A program made the position numbers and the translations under genes. A DNA stretch of 64,000 nt from Marinobacterium sp. (GTDB lineage: Bacteria; Pseudomonadota; Gammaproteobacteria; Pseudomonadales; Balneatricaceae): NCBI GenBank assembly GCA_018623095.1, contig JAAZVX010000001.1:7725-71724 (forward strand), written 5' to 3'. Shown in pieces: positions 30,516-39,780 of the stretch; position 1 is the stretch's first letter, and each line of letters starts with the position of its first letter. The notes beneath the pieces were generated by a model. That model worked only from the letters and a program-made list of their open reading frames with translations. It ran no database searches and was not told the DNA's origin.

Positions 30516-31502
30516 TTAAGCAAACTCTTCGGTGTCGATTTCAGCCTGTTGGCCGGCACTGTAGCGCTCGCCCGCAATGCTGTCCCGGTTAATGAGCTGC
30601 TCCAGATCAGTCACAATGTCGCTACTTAATGTGACATCAGCTGCACCTAAATTGTCACGCATATGGTCAACAAAGCGGGTGCCTGGGATTGAAACAATCG
30701 AAGGGTCCTTCGCACGAATCCAAGCCAAGGCCAGTTGCGCCGGTGTACAGCCAGCACGCTCAGCAATAGCAACATACTCAGCGAGTAGCGCTTTGTTCTG
30801 CTCAAAATTCTCAGGGTAGAAACGAGGCATGGCTCGACGAATGTCTTTCTCAGCCAGTTCGTCTAAGCTGTCGATAGTAAGACTTAAAAAGCCACGAGCC
30901 AGTGGGCTGAAGGCAACGAACGTGACGTCTAGCTCACGACAGGCATCCAGAACAGCGATCTCTGGATTACGAGTCCACAATGAATACTCTGTTTGAATAG
31001 CAGCCACAGGACACTCTTTATGGGCGGCTCTTAATGTGTCAGCCGACATTTCAGAGAGACCGTAGCTCGCAATTTTACCCTCTTTGATCAGGTCGGCCAT
31101 CGCGCCGGCGCTCTCTTCAATTGGAACGTTAAAGTCACGGCGGTGCAGGTAGTAGAGGTCGATATGATCTGTCTGTAGGCGTTTTAAACTGGCTTCACAC
31201 TGTGCTTTGATGGTTTCAGGGCGGCCATCAAGCGCTTTACCTTTTTCAGGGTCGATGTAGAGAACACATTTCGACGCTAGAAAGATCTCATCTCGAACTG
31301 ATTTGAGTGCTTCGCCAACCACTTTTTCATTCTTACCGCCTCCGTAGAGGGTTGCTGTATCAAAATGACGGTACCCCATATCAAAGGCTTCACGAAACCC
31401 TTTAATCGCTTCATCGTCCGATACAGGAGTGTTGTAGGCGTGTGACATGTTCATACAACCCAAACCGATTGGGTTATTGCGTAGCATCTCAAGTTTGCTC
31501 AT
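30516..31502 (-). CDS. aldo/keto reductase
   Basis: IGLGCMNMS, FDTATLYG, IDLYYLHR, QTEYSLW, AFSPLARG, IPGTR. Confidence 0.92.
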   Translation of the reverse strand: MSKLEMLRNNPIGLGCMNMSHAYNTPVSDDEAIKGFREAFDMGYRHFDTATLYGGGKNEKVVGEALKSVRDEIFLASKCVLYIDPEKGKALDGRPETIKAQCEASLKRLQTDHIDLYYLHRRDFNVPIEESAGAMADLIKEGKIASYGLSEMSADTLRAAHKECPVAAIQTEYSLWTRNPEIAVLDACRELDVTFVAFSPLARGFLSLTIDSLDELAEKDIRRAMPRFYPENFEQNKALLAEYVAIAERAGCTPAQLALAWIRAKDPSIVSIPGTRFVDHMRDNLGAADVTLSSDIVTDLEQLINRDSIAGERYSAGQQAEIDTEEFA

Positions 31503-31607
31503 GAAAAATCCTTAAAAATGAGTCAATTTGTTGAGAAGATTAACAAGTTAGTGCAGACGAGTGAACTCGAAAAGGGGAATTAGCTATTCGAAAAAAGAAA
31601 AGCATTA

Positions 31608-31632
31608 GGGTGCCAGCTAGACGTTGGCACCC
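31608..31632 (-). terminator. stem-loop downstream of tpx
   Basis: gggtgcca/tggcaccc; the A-rich run at 31590-31601 gives a U-rich tract on the minus strand. Confidence 0.55.
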
Positions 31633-31642
31633 CTAGGAGGCA

Positions 31643-32143
31643 TTAGGCCGTTGCGGCGTTTAACGCGGCTTCGTAGTTTGGTTGTTGTGCAATCTCTTGA
31701 ACCAGTTCTGAATGTAACACTTTGCCGTCTCGAATCACCACAATCGCTCTAGCGAGCAACCCGCGCATACCCGAATCGATGATTTCGACGCCAAAGCTTT
31801 TACCAAACTCTGGATTGCGGAAGCTTGATGCATTGCTGACACGCTCCAGCCCCTCGGCACCACAAAAACGAGCTTGTGCAAAAGGTAGATCAGCCGAAAC
31901 ATTGATCACTTCTACCCTTTCATGACTTGCCAGCTGTTCGTTGAACGTGCGGACTGAGGTGGCACAGGTTGGGGTGTCGATGCTAGGGAAGATATTCAAA
32001 ACGACCGTTCTGCCTGCAAGGTCAGATAGAGAAAATTCGGAAAGGTCGGCAGCCGTCAGTGTGAAATCTGGACAGTCGCTCCCTGCAGCAGGAACATCCC
32101 CATATGTGTGTAAAACATCACCGCGTCGCGTAATTTGAACCAT
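31643..32143 (-). CDS. tpx: thiol peroxidase (atypical 2-Cys Prx)
   Basis: NIFPSIDTPTCA, SADLPFAQARFCGAEG. The start is placed at MVQITRRG (32143). Confidence 0.93.
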   Translation of the reverse strand: MVQITRRGDVLHTYGDVPAAGSDCPDFTLTAADLSEFSLSDLAGRTVVLNIFPSIDTPTCATSVRTFNEQLASHERVEVINVSADLPFAQARFCGAEGLERVSNASSFRNPEFGKSFGVEIIDSGMRGLLARAIVVIRDGKVLHSELVQEIAQQPNYEAALNAATA

Positions 32144-32219
32144 ATTGAAGCCTCGCAATAAAAGGTTATTAGTTTGTAGTAGTCTCCTTACGTGCAAGGC
32201 CTGGGGTTAGATCCTCAGC

Positions 32220-32423
32220 TTAAATGCCTTGGTCAGAGGTGCCGATTGCGTTTTTAATTTTCTTATCGGTTTTGTACTGGCTAAGCGCGTAGACAGACCA
32301 GATCGCAGCCGGTATCCAGCCAATCAACGTCAGCTGAAGTATCAGGCAGAAAATGCCAGCAATTGGGCGACCAATGGTAAAAAATTGTAGCCAAGGTAGT
32401 AGTAGGGCAAGTAACAGTCTCAT
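32220..32423 (-). CDS. YqaE/Pmp3 family small membrane protein
   Basis: MRLLLALLLPW...LTLIGWIPAAIWSVY. The start is placed at 32423. Confidence 0.85.
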   Translation of the reverse strand: MRLLLALLLPWLQFFTIGRPIAGIFCLILQLTLIGWIPAAIWSVYALSQYKTDKKIKNAIGTSDQGI

Positions 32424-32483
32424 GATTTTTCCTCTGTGTGATTGGATAACTTTAATGTAGAACAAAGATTGAAAAATGCTCGA

Positions 32484-32513
32484 AAAAAAAACCGGCTATT
32501 GCCGGTTTTTTTT
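32484..32513. terminator. rho-independent terminator (bidirectional type) after the thiolase
   Basis: A8-CCGGC-TATT-GCCGG-T8. Confidence 0.88.
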
Positions 32514-32526
32514 AATAGTTAAACGA

Positions 32527-33714
32527 TTAGATGCGTTCAAATACTACCGCGATGCCTTGACCGCCACCGATACACATCGTCACTAGCGCGTATTTACCAC
32601 CAACACGCTGCAGCTCGTGAATCGCTTTTGTCGCGATGAACGCACCCGAACAGCCTACAGGGTGACCCAATGCGATAGCGCCACCGTTCGGGTTGGTTTT
32701 ATCAGCAGGAAGGCCAAGACCTTTAGAGACAGCAATCGCTTGCGCAGCAAAGGCTTCGTTGGATTCGATCACATCCATATCATCAATCGTTAGACCGGCT
32801 TTCTCTAGTGCGGCTTTTGATGATGGGATAGGGCCTTCACCCATGATGTGGTTAGGGACACCAGCCACCGCGTAAGAGACGATTTTGGCAATCGGTGTTT
32901 CACCGTTCGCTTTAGCCGTTTCAGCATCGGCAAGTACAAGGAAGGCAGCGCCGTCGTTAATCCCAGATGCGTTGCCTGCTGTAACGGTACCGTCTTTCTT
33001 GAATGCTGGGCGCATACCGCTCAGTTTCTCGGCTGTTGTACCTGGTTTAGGGTGTTCGTCCGTATCAAATACGGTTTCACCTTTGCGAGATTTCAACGTG
33101 ATTGGAACGATCTGATCTTTGAATCGACCCTCATTGATTGCGACTTCAGCACGACGTTGCGACTCTGCAGCAAACGCGTCTTGCTCTTCACGAGAGATGT
33201 CCCATTTTTCAGCCAAGTTTTCTGCTGTAATGCCCATGTGGCCTGCGCCAAATGGATCGGTTAGCACGGAGACCATCGCGTCGATCATACCCGTATCGCC
33301 CATGCGAGCACCGGTACGCATAGCTGGCGCCATGTAGGTACCACGTGACATCACCTCAACGCCACCGCCAACAGCGTAGTCACACTGACCTAGTTCAATC
33401 TGTTGCGCACTAGACACGACAGCCTGCAGGCCTGAAGCACAGAGGCGGTTAACGGCCATCGCAACCGAGTTCATGGGCAGACCTGCCTGGATAGAGGCAA
33501 CACGTGCAACGTATGGGTAGCGTGATTCAGTAGGAATACAGTTACCAACGGTGACATAGTGAATCTTTTCAGGGTTCGCGTTAGAACGTACAACGGCCTC
33601 TTTCATGACAGTTCCGGCGAGCTCTGCAGGCTCCATAGAACTTAGGCTGCCGCCAAAAGCACCGATAGGTGAGCGCATTGCGCTCAGAACAACTACTTCA
33701 CGTGTCATCTGCAT
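32527..33714 (-). CDS. acetyl-CoA C-acyltransferase (beta-ketothiolase, BktB-like)
   Basis: NRLCASG, SGINDGAA, ESNEAFAAQ, GGAIALGHPVG, TMCIGGGQG; YPYVARVASI is BktB-like. Confidence 0.93.
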   Translation of the reverse strand: MQMTREVVVLSAMRSPIGAFGGSLSSMEPAELAGTVMKEAVVRSNANPEKIHYVTVGNCIPTESRYPYVARVASIQAGLPMNSVAMAVNRLCASGLQAVVSSAQQIELGQCDYAVGGGVEVMSRGTYMAPAMRTGARMGDTGMIDAMVSVLTDPFGAGHMGITAENLAEKWDISREEQDAFAAESQRRAEVAINEGRFKDQIVPITLKSRKGETVFDTDEHPKPGTTAEKLSGMRPAFKKDGTVTAGNASGINDGAAFLVLADAETAKANGETPIAKIVSYAVAGVPNHIMGEGPIPSSKAALEKAGLTIDDMDVIESNEAFAAQAIAVSKGLGLPADKTNPNGGAIALGHPVGCSGAFIATKAIHELQRVGGKYALVTMCIGGGQGIAVVFERI

Positions 33715-33825
33715 ATCTCCTTATGCAAAGTTAATTTGAGTATTCCGACAATATATAGGGTTATCGCTACAATTACATGACGAAATCGACTAATTGATAG
33801 TTATAATCGATAAAAGTTTATTGAG

Positions 33826-34482
33826 GTGCTTATGTTTGTTTTTTTCGATATGGATGGTGTGTTAGTAGATTCCGAGCCGCAGTGGAAGCTTGTCGAACAG
33901 GAGGTGTTGGCCAAATTTGGTATCCATATGGAGATCGAGGAGCTCAAAAAACACGCCGGTGCAACGACTTTTGATTTCATGACCAAGATGAAGCGTCTCT
34001 ACCCTGAAAAAGGCCTAGTGGTTGAAGAGATGGTTGACCAAGTTGTTTATGAAATGGAAAAGCGGCTGGTAGAGCTGCCGTTAATGAAAGGTGTGGCCGC
34101 GTTCATCGGTCAGTTACAGTCGGATGGTGTTCCCATAGCGATTGCCTCGAGTTCAGCGCTACGATTGATTGAAGCCGTCATCAAGACCCACAACTTACCA
34201 ATCACTGTCTATGCGTCAGGCTCTGAAATTGGACTCTCTAAACCCCACCCAGAGGTGTTTCTGCAAGCTGCAACATTGATCGGTGCTCACCCTTGGCAAG
34301 TGTTGATTATCGAAGATTCTGTAAATGGCACCATTGCAGGTAAAGCGGCTTCTATGGCGGTAGCAGTTGTTCCGGAGAGTTTCCCGCCACGACCTGAGCT
34401 GTCGATAGCGAATCACGCCTTTGAGACTATGACCGATCTGCACGACTTCTATAAAGACGGTGGGTTCGCCTACTTAGATTGA
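33826..34482 (+). CDS. HAD family phosphatase (HxpB/CbbY-like)
   Basis: DMDGVLVDSE, ASSS, KPHPEVF, IEDSVNG. Confidence 0.88.
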   Translation: MLMFVFFDMDGVLVDSEPQWKLVEQEVLAKFGIHMEIEELKKHAGATTFDFMTKMKRLYPEKGLVVEEMVDQVVYEMEKRLVELPLMKGVAAFIGQLQSDGVPIAIASSSALRLIEAVIKTHNLPITVYASGSEIGLSKPHPEVFLQAATLIGAHPWQVLIIEDSVNGTIAGKAASMAVAVVPESFPPRPELSIANHAFETMTDLHDFYKDGGFAYLD

Positions 34483-34526
34483 CCATTAGTTATGCTCAGA
34501 CATGCGATCAGAGTTAGGGTATGCGG

Positions 34527-35270
34527 TTATTGGTTGGAGGTCGATTTTTGAGCGTTGCTAATTCGTTTCATTTCGACATCAAACAGCACTTTTAATGCCT
34601 CTCTAACATGACGTACATGGTCCATGGCAGCCGTTCGAGCCCAGGCGGATTGACCGGTGGTGACCGCTTGGTAGATCTCGCTGTGGTGTTTGTCGACCAC
34701 CTGCTTGAAGCCCCCTTTTTGATTGAAGTTTCTAACAGCCTCCTGGATGCTGATCAGCGTCAGATCTTTCAAGCTTGAAAGGGTATGTATCAATACGGAG
34801 TTGTGAGAGGCCTCAATCACTCGTCTATGAAATTCATGGTCTAAATTAGCATCCCAATTGGGAGCTACCGACTCCATCTTCTTGAACGCTTCACGAATGC
34901 GGTACTGGTCTCGAGCGGTCGCTCGTTGTGCGGCTAGAAAGCAAGCCTGCCCCTCAAGCTGTTCGCGGACCTCAAGAATCTCCAATACGGCCTTAGGGTC
35001 TTGACCGAATAGATTGATCAGGGCGGACTTATTTTCAGAGCTGGTGACCGCGCAGGAGACAAAGGATCCACGACCATGGTGTGTTTCAATGATGCCCTTG
35101 CCAGAGAGAATGTGCAGAGCTTCTCGCACGATCGCACGCGATACGCCTAAGCGTGTCGAGAGCGCACGCTCAGACGGGATCTTACTCTCCGGCCCTAACT
35201 CTCCCTCAGCAATTAGTTTTTGCAGATATTGAGTGACCTCGTTCACTGCGCTGCTTGCAGATTGGCTCAT
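34527..35270 (-). CDS. glcC: glc operon transcriptional regulator (GntR/FadR family)
   Basis: PSERALSTRLGVSRAIVREAL HTH plus FCD domain; divergent from glcGDEF. Confidence 0.85.
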   Translation of the reverse strand: MSQSASSAVNEVTQYLQKLIAEGELGPESKIPSERALSTRLGVSRAIVREALHILSGKGIIETHHGRGSFVSCAVTSSENKSALINLFGQDPKAVLEILEVREQLEGQACFLAAQRATARDQYRIREAFKKMESVAPNWDANLDHEFHRRVIEASHNSVLIHTLSSLKDLTLISIQEAVRNFNQKGGFKQVVDKHHSEIYQAVTTGQSAWARTAAMDHVRHVREALKVLFDVEMKRISNAQKSTSNQ

Positions 35271-35291
35271 CTATTTCACATCTCGGTATAG

Positions 35292-35306
35292 ATTGGTCTG
35301 ACCAGT
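35292..35306. promoter_or_regulatory. candidate GlcC operator 1 (TGGT-CTG-ACCA)
   Basis: FadR/PdhR-type palindrome about 20 bp upstream of the glcC start. Confidence 0.65.
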
Positions 35307-35403
35307 TTCCCACGCCATCAATTGAAACGCAAGCCCCATCTGGGTTTGAATGCAGTATCGTTTCATTAATTCGATTAGCAGCAATTTTGTCACCTAAAGT
35401 TAA

Positions 35404-35416
35404 CTGGTCATACCAG
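35404..35416. promoter_or_regulatory. candidate GlcC operator 2 (CTGGT-CAT-ACCAG)
   Basis: Perfect 5-3-5 palindrome matching operator 1. Confidence 0.68.
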
Positions 35417-35493
35417 CTAACAGCTGCGTAAGTTTATGTGACAGCATCGCACAGGTGATCTGTTTCATTACCCAATTTAATGAGGTTGAACTT

Positions 35494-35922
35494 ATGCTCG
35501 AATTGAAACGGTTAGATATTCAGGATGCTCGTCTGTTAATTGAAGGGGCTCGAAACAAAGCCAACGAAATTGGTGTACCTATGTGCATCGCAATTACAGA
35601 CGAGTCAGGAAATTTGGTGGCTTTTGAGCGGATGGATGGCGGTAAAACTACCAGCGTTACCATTGCTCAGGATAAAGCCTACACGGCTGCAGCCGCTCGT
35701 AAAGCGACGCATGAATATAACGCAGCTTGTACACCCGGTTCCCTGGTGTTCGGTATTCACACCTCCATGGGAGGGCGTTTGTGTGTCGTAGGTGGTGGCT
35801 ATCCCGTTGAGTCTAACGGGCAAGTGGTGGGTGGTATCGGATTGAGCTCTGGTACACCAACGCAGGATATGGAGTGTGCTCAAGCTGGTATAGAGTATTG
35901 GCAACAGCAGACTCAACAATAA
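35494..35922 (+). CDS. glcG: GlcG/HbpS heme-binding family protein
   Basis: IAITDESGNLVAFERMDG, AQDKAYTA, GGIGLSSGTPTQD. The start is placed at MLELKR. Confidence 0.88.
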   Translation: MLELKRLDIQDARLLIEGARNKANEIGVPMCIAITDESGNLVAFERMDGGKTTSVTIAQDKAYTAAAARKATHEYNAACTPGSLVFGIHTSMGGRLCVVGGGYPVESNGQVVGGIGLSSGTPTQDMECAQAGIEYWQQQTQQ

Positions 35923-35951
35923 ACAGTACCCAGAATGGGTCGGAGATCATT

Positions 35952-37463
35952 ATGCAGAGTGCAGTAGCTAGCCCAGATCGTGTTGCTAAGCGTCAACGTA
36001 TTGCGCAGCGATTCGGTGAGTTCATTGATTCTCACTACGTTATTAGTGACAGTGAAACGCTAAAACCTTATGAGTGTGATGGTCTATCAGCCTATTGCGA
36101 AGAGGCCTTGATCGTTGTTCTACCCTCAACGGTTGAGCAGGCACAGAAGGTTCTTAAAATCTGTCATGAAGAGAATGTTCCGGTGGTTGCTCGTGGTGCG
36201 GGTACAGGTTTGTGTGCTGGTGCCATGCCTCATGGTGATGGCGTCGTTCTATCGATGGCGAAGTTTAATAAGATCCTAGAGATCGATACTGAAGCGAGGG
36301 CGGCACGTGTTCAACCTGGTGTTCGTAACTTAGCCATCAGTGAAGCGGCGGGAGACTATAACCTCTATTACGGCCCAGACCCCTCATCGCAGATCGCCTG
36401 CACCATTGGCGGTAACGTTGCAGAGAACTCAGGTGGTGTTCACTGTCTTAAATATGGATTGACCGTACACAACCTTTTGAGTGTCCAGTTTCTGACGATG
36501 GAAGGGGAACTACTCACCATCGGTTCTGAAGGCCTTGATAGCTGTGGTATGGATCTAATGGCGCTATTTACTGGCTCCGAGGGTCTATTAGGCGTGGTGA
36601 CTGAAGTTCGAGTTAAGCTTTTGCCTAAGCCTGAGCGTGCTCAGGTAGTGGTTGCAGGTTTCGACTCGGTACCCAAAGCGGGCGATGCGGTCGGTGAGAT
36701 CATTGCCAAGGGTATCATCCCAGGTGGCCTTGAAATGATGGATGGCTTTGCCATTAAAGCCGCTGAAGATTTCGCCAAAGCGGGGTATCCAGTAGATGCT
36801 CAGGCTTTGTTGCTCTGTGAGGTTGATGGTACTGATGAAGAGGTAGCCGAGCACATCGAAGCTGTTGAAACACTGTTCCGTGAACTGGGAGCTACCTCGG
36901 TACGCACATCCCAAAGTGAAGATGAACGAGCGCGTCTGTGGGCGGGGCGAAAATCTGCCTTCCCTGCCGTTGGACGTATTTCACCTGACTACTACTGCAT
37001 GGACGGCACGATTCCGCGTGGCCAGCTAACACATGTATTGCTAGAGATGCAGAAAATGTCAGAGCATTACGGTCTACGTGTTGCCAACGTTTTCCATGCG
37101 GGTGATGGCAACCTGCATCCACTGATTCTGTTTGATGCGAATGTGCCGGGAGAGTTGGAGCGCACCGAAGAGTTCGGTGGCAAAATTCTTGAGCTCTGTG
37201 TTGAAGTGGGCGGCTGCATCACAGGCGAGCACGGTGTGGGTTATGAAAAACTCCGTCAAATGCCTGCTCAGTTTAGTGATTCAGAAATCGAGCAGTTCCA
37301 TAAAGTGAAGCGAGCTTTTGATGCAAAAGAGCTTCTCAATCCCGGTAAAGGTATACCGACGTTAAGAAGTTGTCAGGAGTACCGCTCGTTGGATCTGGAT
37401 CTAACGCCTAATGCTCAGGTTACCGCCAACCGCAATGCTGATGCAGGAGAGTTTCGTGTCTGA
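35952..37463 (+). CDS. glcD: glycolate oxidase subunit GlcD (FAD-linked)
   Basis: YECDGLSAY, ARGAGTGLCAGA, PDPSSQIACTIGGNVAENSGG, FHAGDGNLHP, GEHGVG, LLNPGK. The start is placed at ATG 35952. Confidence 0.95.
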   Translation: MQSAVASPDRVAKRQRIAQRFGEFIDSHYVISDSETLKPYECDGLSAYCEEALIVVLPSTVEQAQKVLKICHEENVPVVARGAGTGLCAGAMPHGDGVVLSMAKFNKILEIDTEARAARVQPGVRNLAISEAAGDYNLYYGPDPSSQIACTIGGNVAENSGGVHCLKYGLTVHNLLSVQFLTMEGELLTIGSEGLDSCGMDLMALFTGSEGLLGVVTEVRVKLLPKPERAQVVVAGFDSVPKAGDAVGEIIAKGIIPGGLEMMDGFAIKAAEDFAKAGYPVDAQALLLCEVDGTDEEVAEHIEAVETLFRELGATSVRTSQSEDERARLWAGRKSAFPAVGRISPDYYCMDGTIPRGQLTHVLLEMQKMSEHYGLRVANVFHAGDGNLHPLILFDANVPGELERTEEFGGKILELCVEVGGCITGEHGVGYEKLRQMPAQFSDSEIEQFHKVKRAFDAKELLNPGKGIPTLRSCQEYRSLDLDLTPNAQVTANRNADAGEFRV

Positions 37464-38520
37464 TTTAACCAATGAATTGATTAGCCAAGTCCGTGAAGCG
37501 GTTGACGCTAAAGAGACGCTAGCCATATCAGCGGGTGGCAGTAAGGTGTTCATGGGTCGTCAGATTGAGACGGATCGTAAGATCGATGTCAGTGGACACA
37601 CGGGTATTGTCAGTTATCAACCGGTCGAGCTAGTAATGACCGCCCGTGCGGGAACGACGCTTGCAGAGATCGAATCTGCTCTAGCTGAAAATAATCAGAT
37701 GTTGGCCTGCGAACCCCCTCGATTTAATAGCAAAGCAACGCTTGGCGGTACCTTGGCCGCCAACGTGTCTGGTCCAGGGCGCCCATGGTTCGGGTCCATT
37801 AGAGATCATGTGCTGGGTGTAACGCTTATCAATGGCGAAGCAGAACAACTTCGATTCGGTGGTCAGGTGATGAAGAATGTTGCTGGCTACGATCTTTCTC
37901 GCCTGCAAGCCGGTGCAATGGGCGGATTAGGCCTTATGACTGAGATCTCGTTAAAAGTTCTACCAAAACCTGCGACCACCCGTACTTTGAAGTTCACAAT
38001 GGATCAAGCCGAAGCGATTCAGCGCATGAACGCAATGTCAGGTCAGCCAAAGCCAATTACGGCGGCGTATTGGAACAACGGTGAGTTGTTTGTTCGTTTG
38101 GCAGGTGCTGCCTCTGCCGTTGATGCAACTGCAAAAAGTTGGGGAGGTGATGAGCTTGCCCCTGAGATCGCTTCAGTGCTTTGGGCGGACCTTCAAGATC
38201 AAAAGCCTGCTATTTTCAACGAATCCAAAGTGTGGCGCTTTTCTGTTAAAAGCAGTGCGGATGTCCTACCCATTGAGGGTGACTCTTTGATCAACTGGGG
38301 TGGTGCAGAGCGATGGTATGCTGGCGATCACGATTTTGATCGTATGGTGACGCTAGCCGAGAGTGCAGGTGGTCAGGTTTCACTCTATCGTGGTGGAAAT
38401 CGAACCGAAGAGGTACTTCATCCGGTCAACCCATCCCTTCAAACTCTGCAACAACGCATTAAAGCGTCTGTAGATCCGCAGGGTATTTTTAACCCTGGTC
38501 GTGCATATGGTTGGCTGTAG
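37456..38520 (+). CDS. glcE: glycolate oxidase subunit GlcE
   Basis: YQPVELVMTARAGT, FGGQVMKNVAGYDLSRL, FNPGR; GTG start at 37456 with AGGAGA SD. Confidence 0.93.
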   Translation: MSDLTNELISQVREAVDAKETLAISAGGSKVFMGRQIETDRKIDVSGHTGIVSYQPVELVMTARAGTTLAEIESALAENNQMLACEPPRFNSKATLGGTLAANVSGPGRPWFGSIRDHVLGVTLINGEAEQLRFGGQVMKNVAGYDLSRLQAGAMGGLGLMTEISLKVLPKPATTRTLKFTMDQAEAIQRMNAMSGQPKPITAAYWNNGELFVRLAGAASAVDATAKSWGGDELAPEIASVLWADLQDQKPAIFNESKVWRFSVKSSADVLPIEGDSLINWGGAERWYAGDHDFDRMVTLAESAGGQVSLYRGGNRTEEVLHPVNPSLQTLQQRIKASVDPQGIFNPGRAYGWL

Positions 38521-38531
38521 GAGTTAGTGCA

Positions 38532-39740
38532 ATGAAAACGAATATAGTTCAGACCTATCTAGCAACGCCTGAAGGTCAAGAAGCGGAAGAGATTCTTCGC
38601 AGTTGTGTTCACTGTGGTTTCTGCACAGCGACCTGCCCAACCTATCAAGAGCTAAATGATGAGCGAGATGGTCCACGTGGTCGTATCTATCTGATCAAAC
38701 AGCTGTTAGAGACCGATGAGGTGACCGAAAAAACTCGAACTCACCTTGATCGCTGTCTGACCTGTCGTTCATGTGAAACGACCTGCCCATCAGGCGTTCA
38801 ATACGGTCGCTTAGTCGATATCGGACGAGGCATTGTCGAGAAGAAATTGGATCGACCTGTCACGGATAAAGTGGTGCGTTGGGGGTTACGACAGGTACTG
38901 CCTCACGCTAAGCGCTTTGGTCCACTGCTTAAAGTTGGACAGGTTTTCAAACCCGTTCTACCAGGCGCTTTGGGTAAGAAAGTACCGCCTAAACGTAAAG
39001 CGTCTCCTTGGCCGGCCAAACGACATGCTCGAGTGATGATGGCGTTAGCGGGTTGTGCTCAACCCAGTGCTGCACCAAACACTAATGCGGCGACGGCTAG
39101 AGTACTGGATAAGCTTGGAATTACTCTGGTTGAAGCACCACAGGCTGGCTGTTGTGGGGCGGTTAATTATCACCTATCTGCACACGATGCAGGTCTGAAT
39201 GAGATGCGCAACAACATTGACGCGTGGTGGCCGGCAATTGAAGGCGGTTGCGAAGCCATTGTGATGACCGCGTCTGGTTGTGGTGCAATGGTTCAGGAGT
39301 ATGGGCATCTTCTGCGAGATGACCCAGCATACGCTGAGAAGGCCAAGCGAGTGAGTGAGCTGACAAAAGATATCAGTGAAGTTCTACTGGCTGAAGATCT
39401 GTCACCACTGTCACCATCAACTGACGGTGAAAAGATCGCTTTCCACTGCCCATGTACCTTACAGCACGCCATGAAACAGAGCGGCGCCGTTGAAAAAGTA
39501 CTCGAGCAAGTGGGCTTTGACCTGGCCAAAACCAAGGACAAGCATCTCTGTTGTGGCTCCGCAGGTACCTACTCGATTCTTCAACCGAAGATCAGTCAAA
39601 AGCTGTTGGCCAATAAGGTTGAAGCATTGACCGGCGATAACCCGACTCAGATCGCTACTGCCAATATTGGCTGTCAGTTACACATTGAGACCGCCTCGCC
39701 GGTACCGGTGAATCACTGGATTGAACTGCTAGATCGATAA
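38532..39740 (+). CDS. glcF: glycolate oxidase iron-sulfur subunit GlcF
   Basis: CVHCGFCTATCP and CLTCRSCETTCP 4Fe-4S motifs, two CCG domains. The start is placed at ATG 38532. Confidence 0.95.
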   Translation: MKTNIVQTYLATPEGQEAEEILRSCVHCGFCTATCPTYQELNDERDGPRGRIYLIKQLLETDEVTEKTRTHLDRCLTCRSCETTCPSGVQYGRLVDIGRGIVEKKLDRPVTDKVVRWGLRQVLPHAKRFGPLLKVGQVFKPVLPGALGKKVPPKRKASPWPAKRHARVMMALAGCAQPSAAPNTNAATARVLDKLGITLVEAPQAGCCGAVNYHLSAHDAGLNEMRNNIDAWWPAIEGGCEAIVMTASGCGAMVQEYGHLLRDDPAYAEKAKRVSELTKDISEVLLAEDLSPLSPSTDGEKIAFHCPCTLQHAMKQSGAVEKVLEQVGFDLAKTKDKHLCCGSAGTYSILQPKISQKLLANKVEALTGDNPTQIATANIGCQLHIETASPVPVNHWIELLDR

Positions 39741-39758
39741 GATCACAGTCGCTATCAA

Positions 39759-39778
39759 AGGGGCCTCAATAGGCCCCT
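39759..39778. terminator. stem-loop between convergent glcF and MFS genes
   Basis: aggggcct-caat-aggcccct. Confidence 0.7.
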
Positions 39779-39780
39779 AT

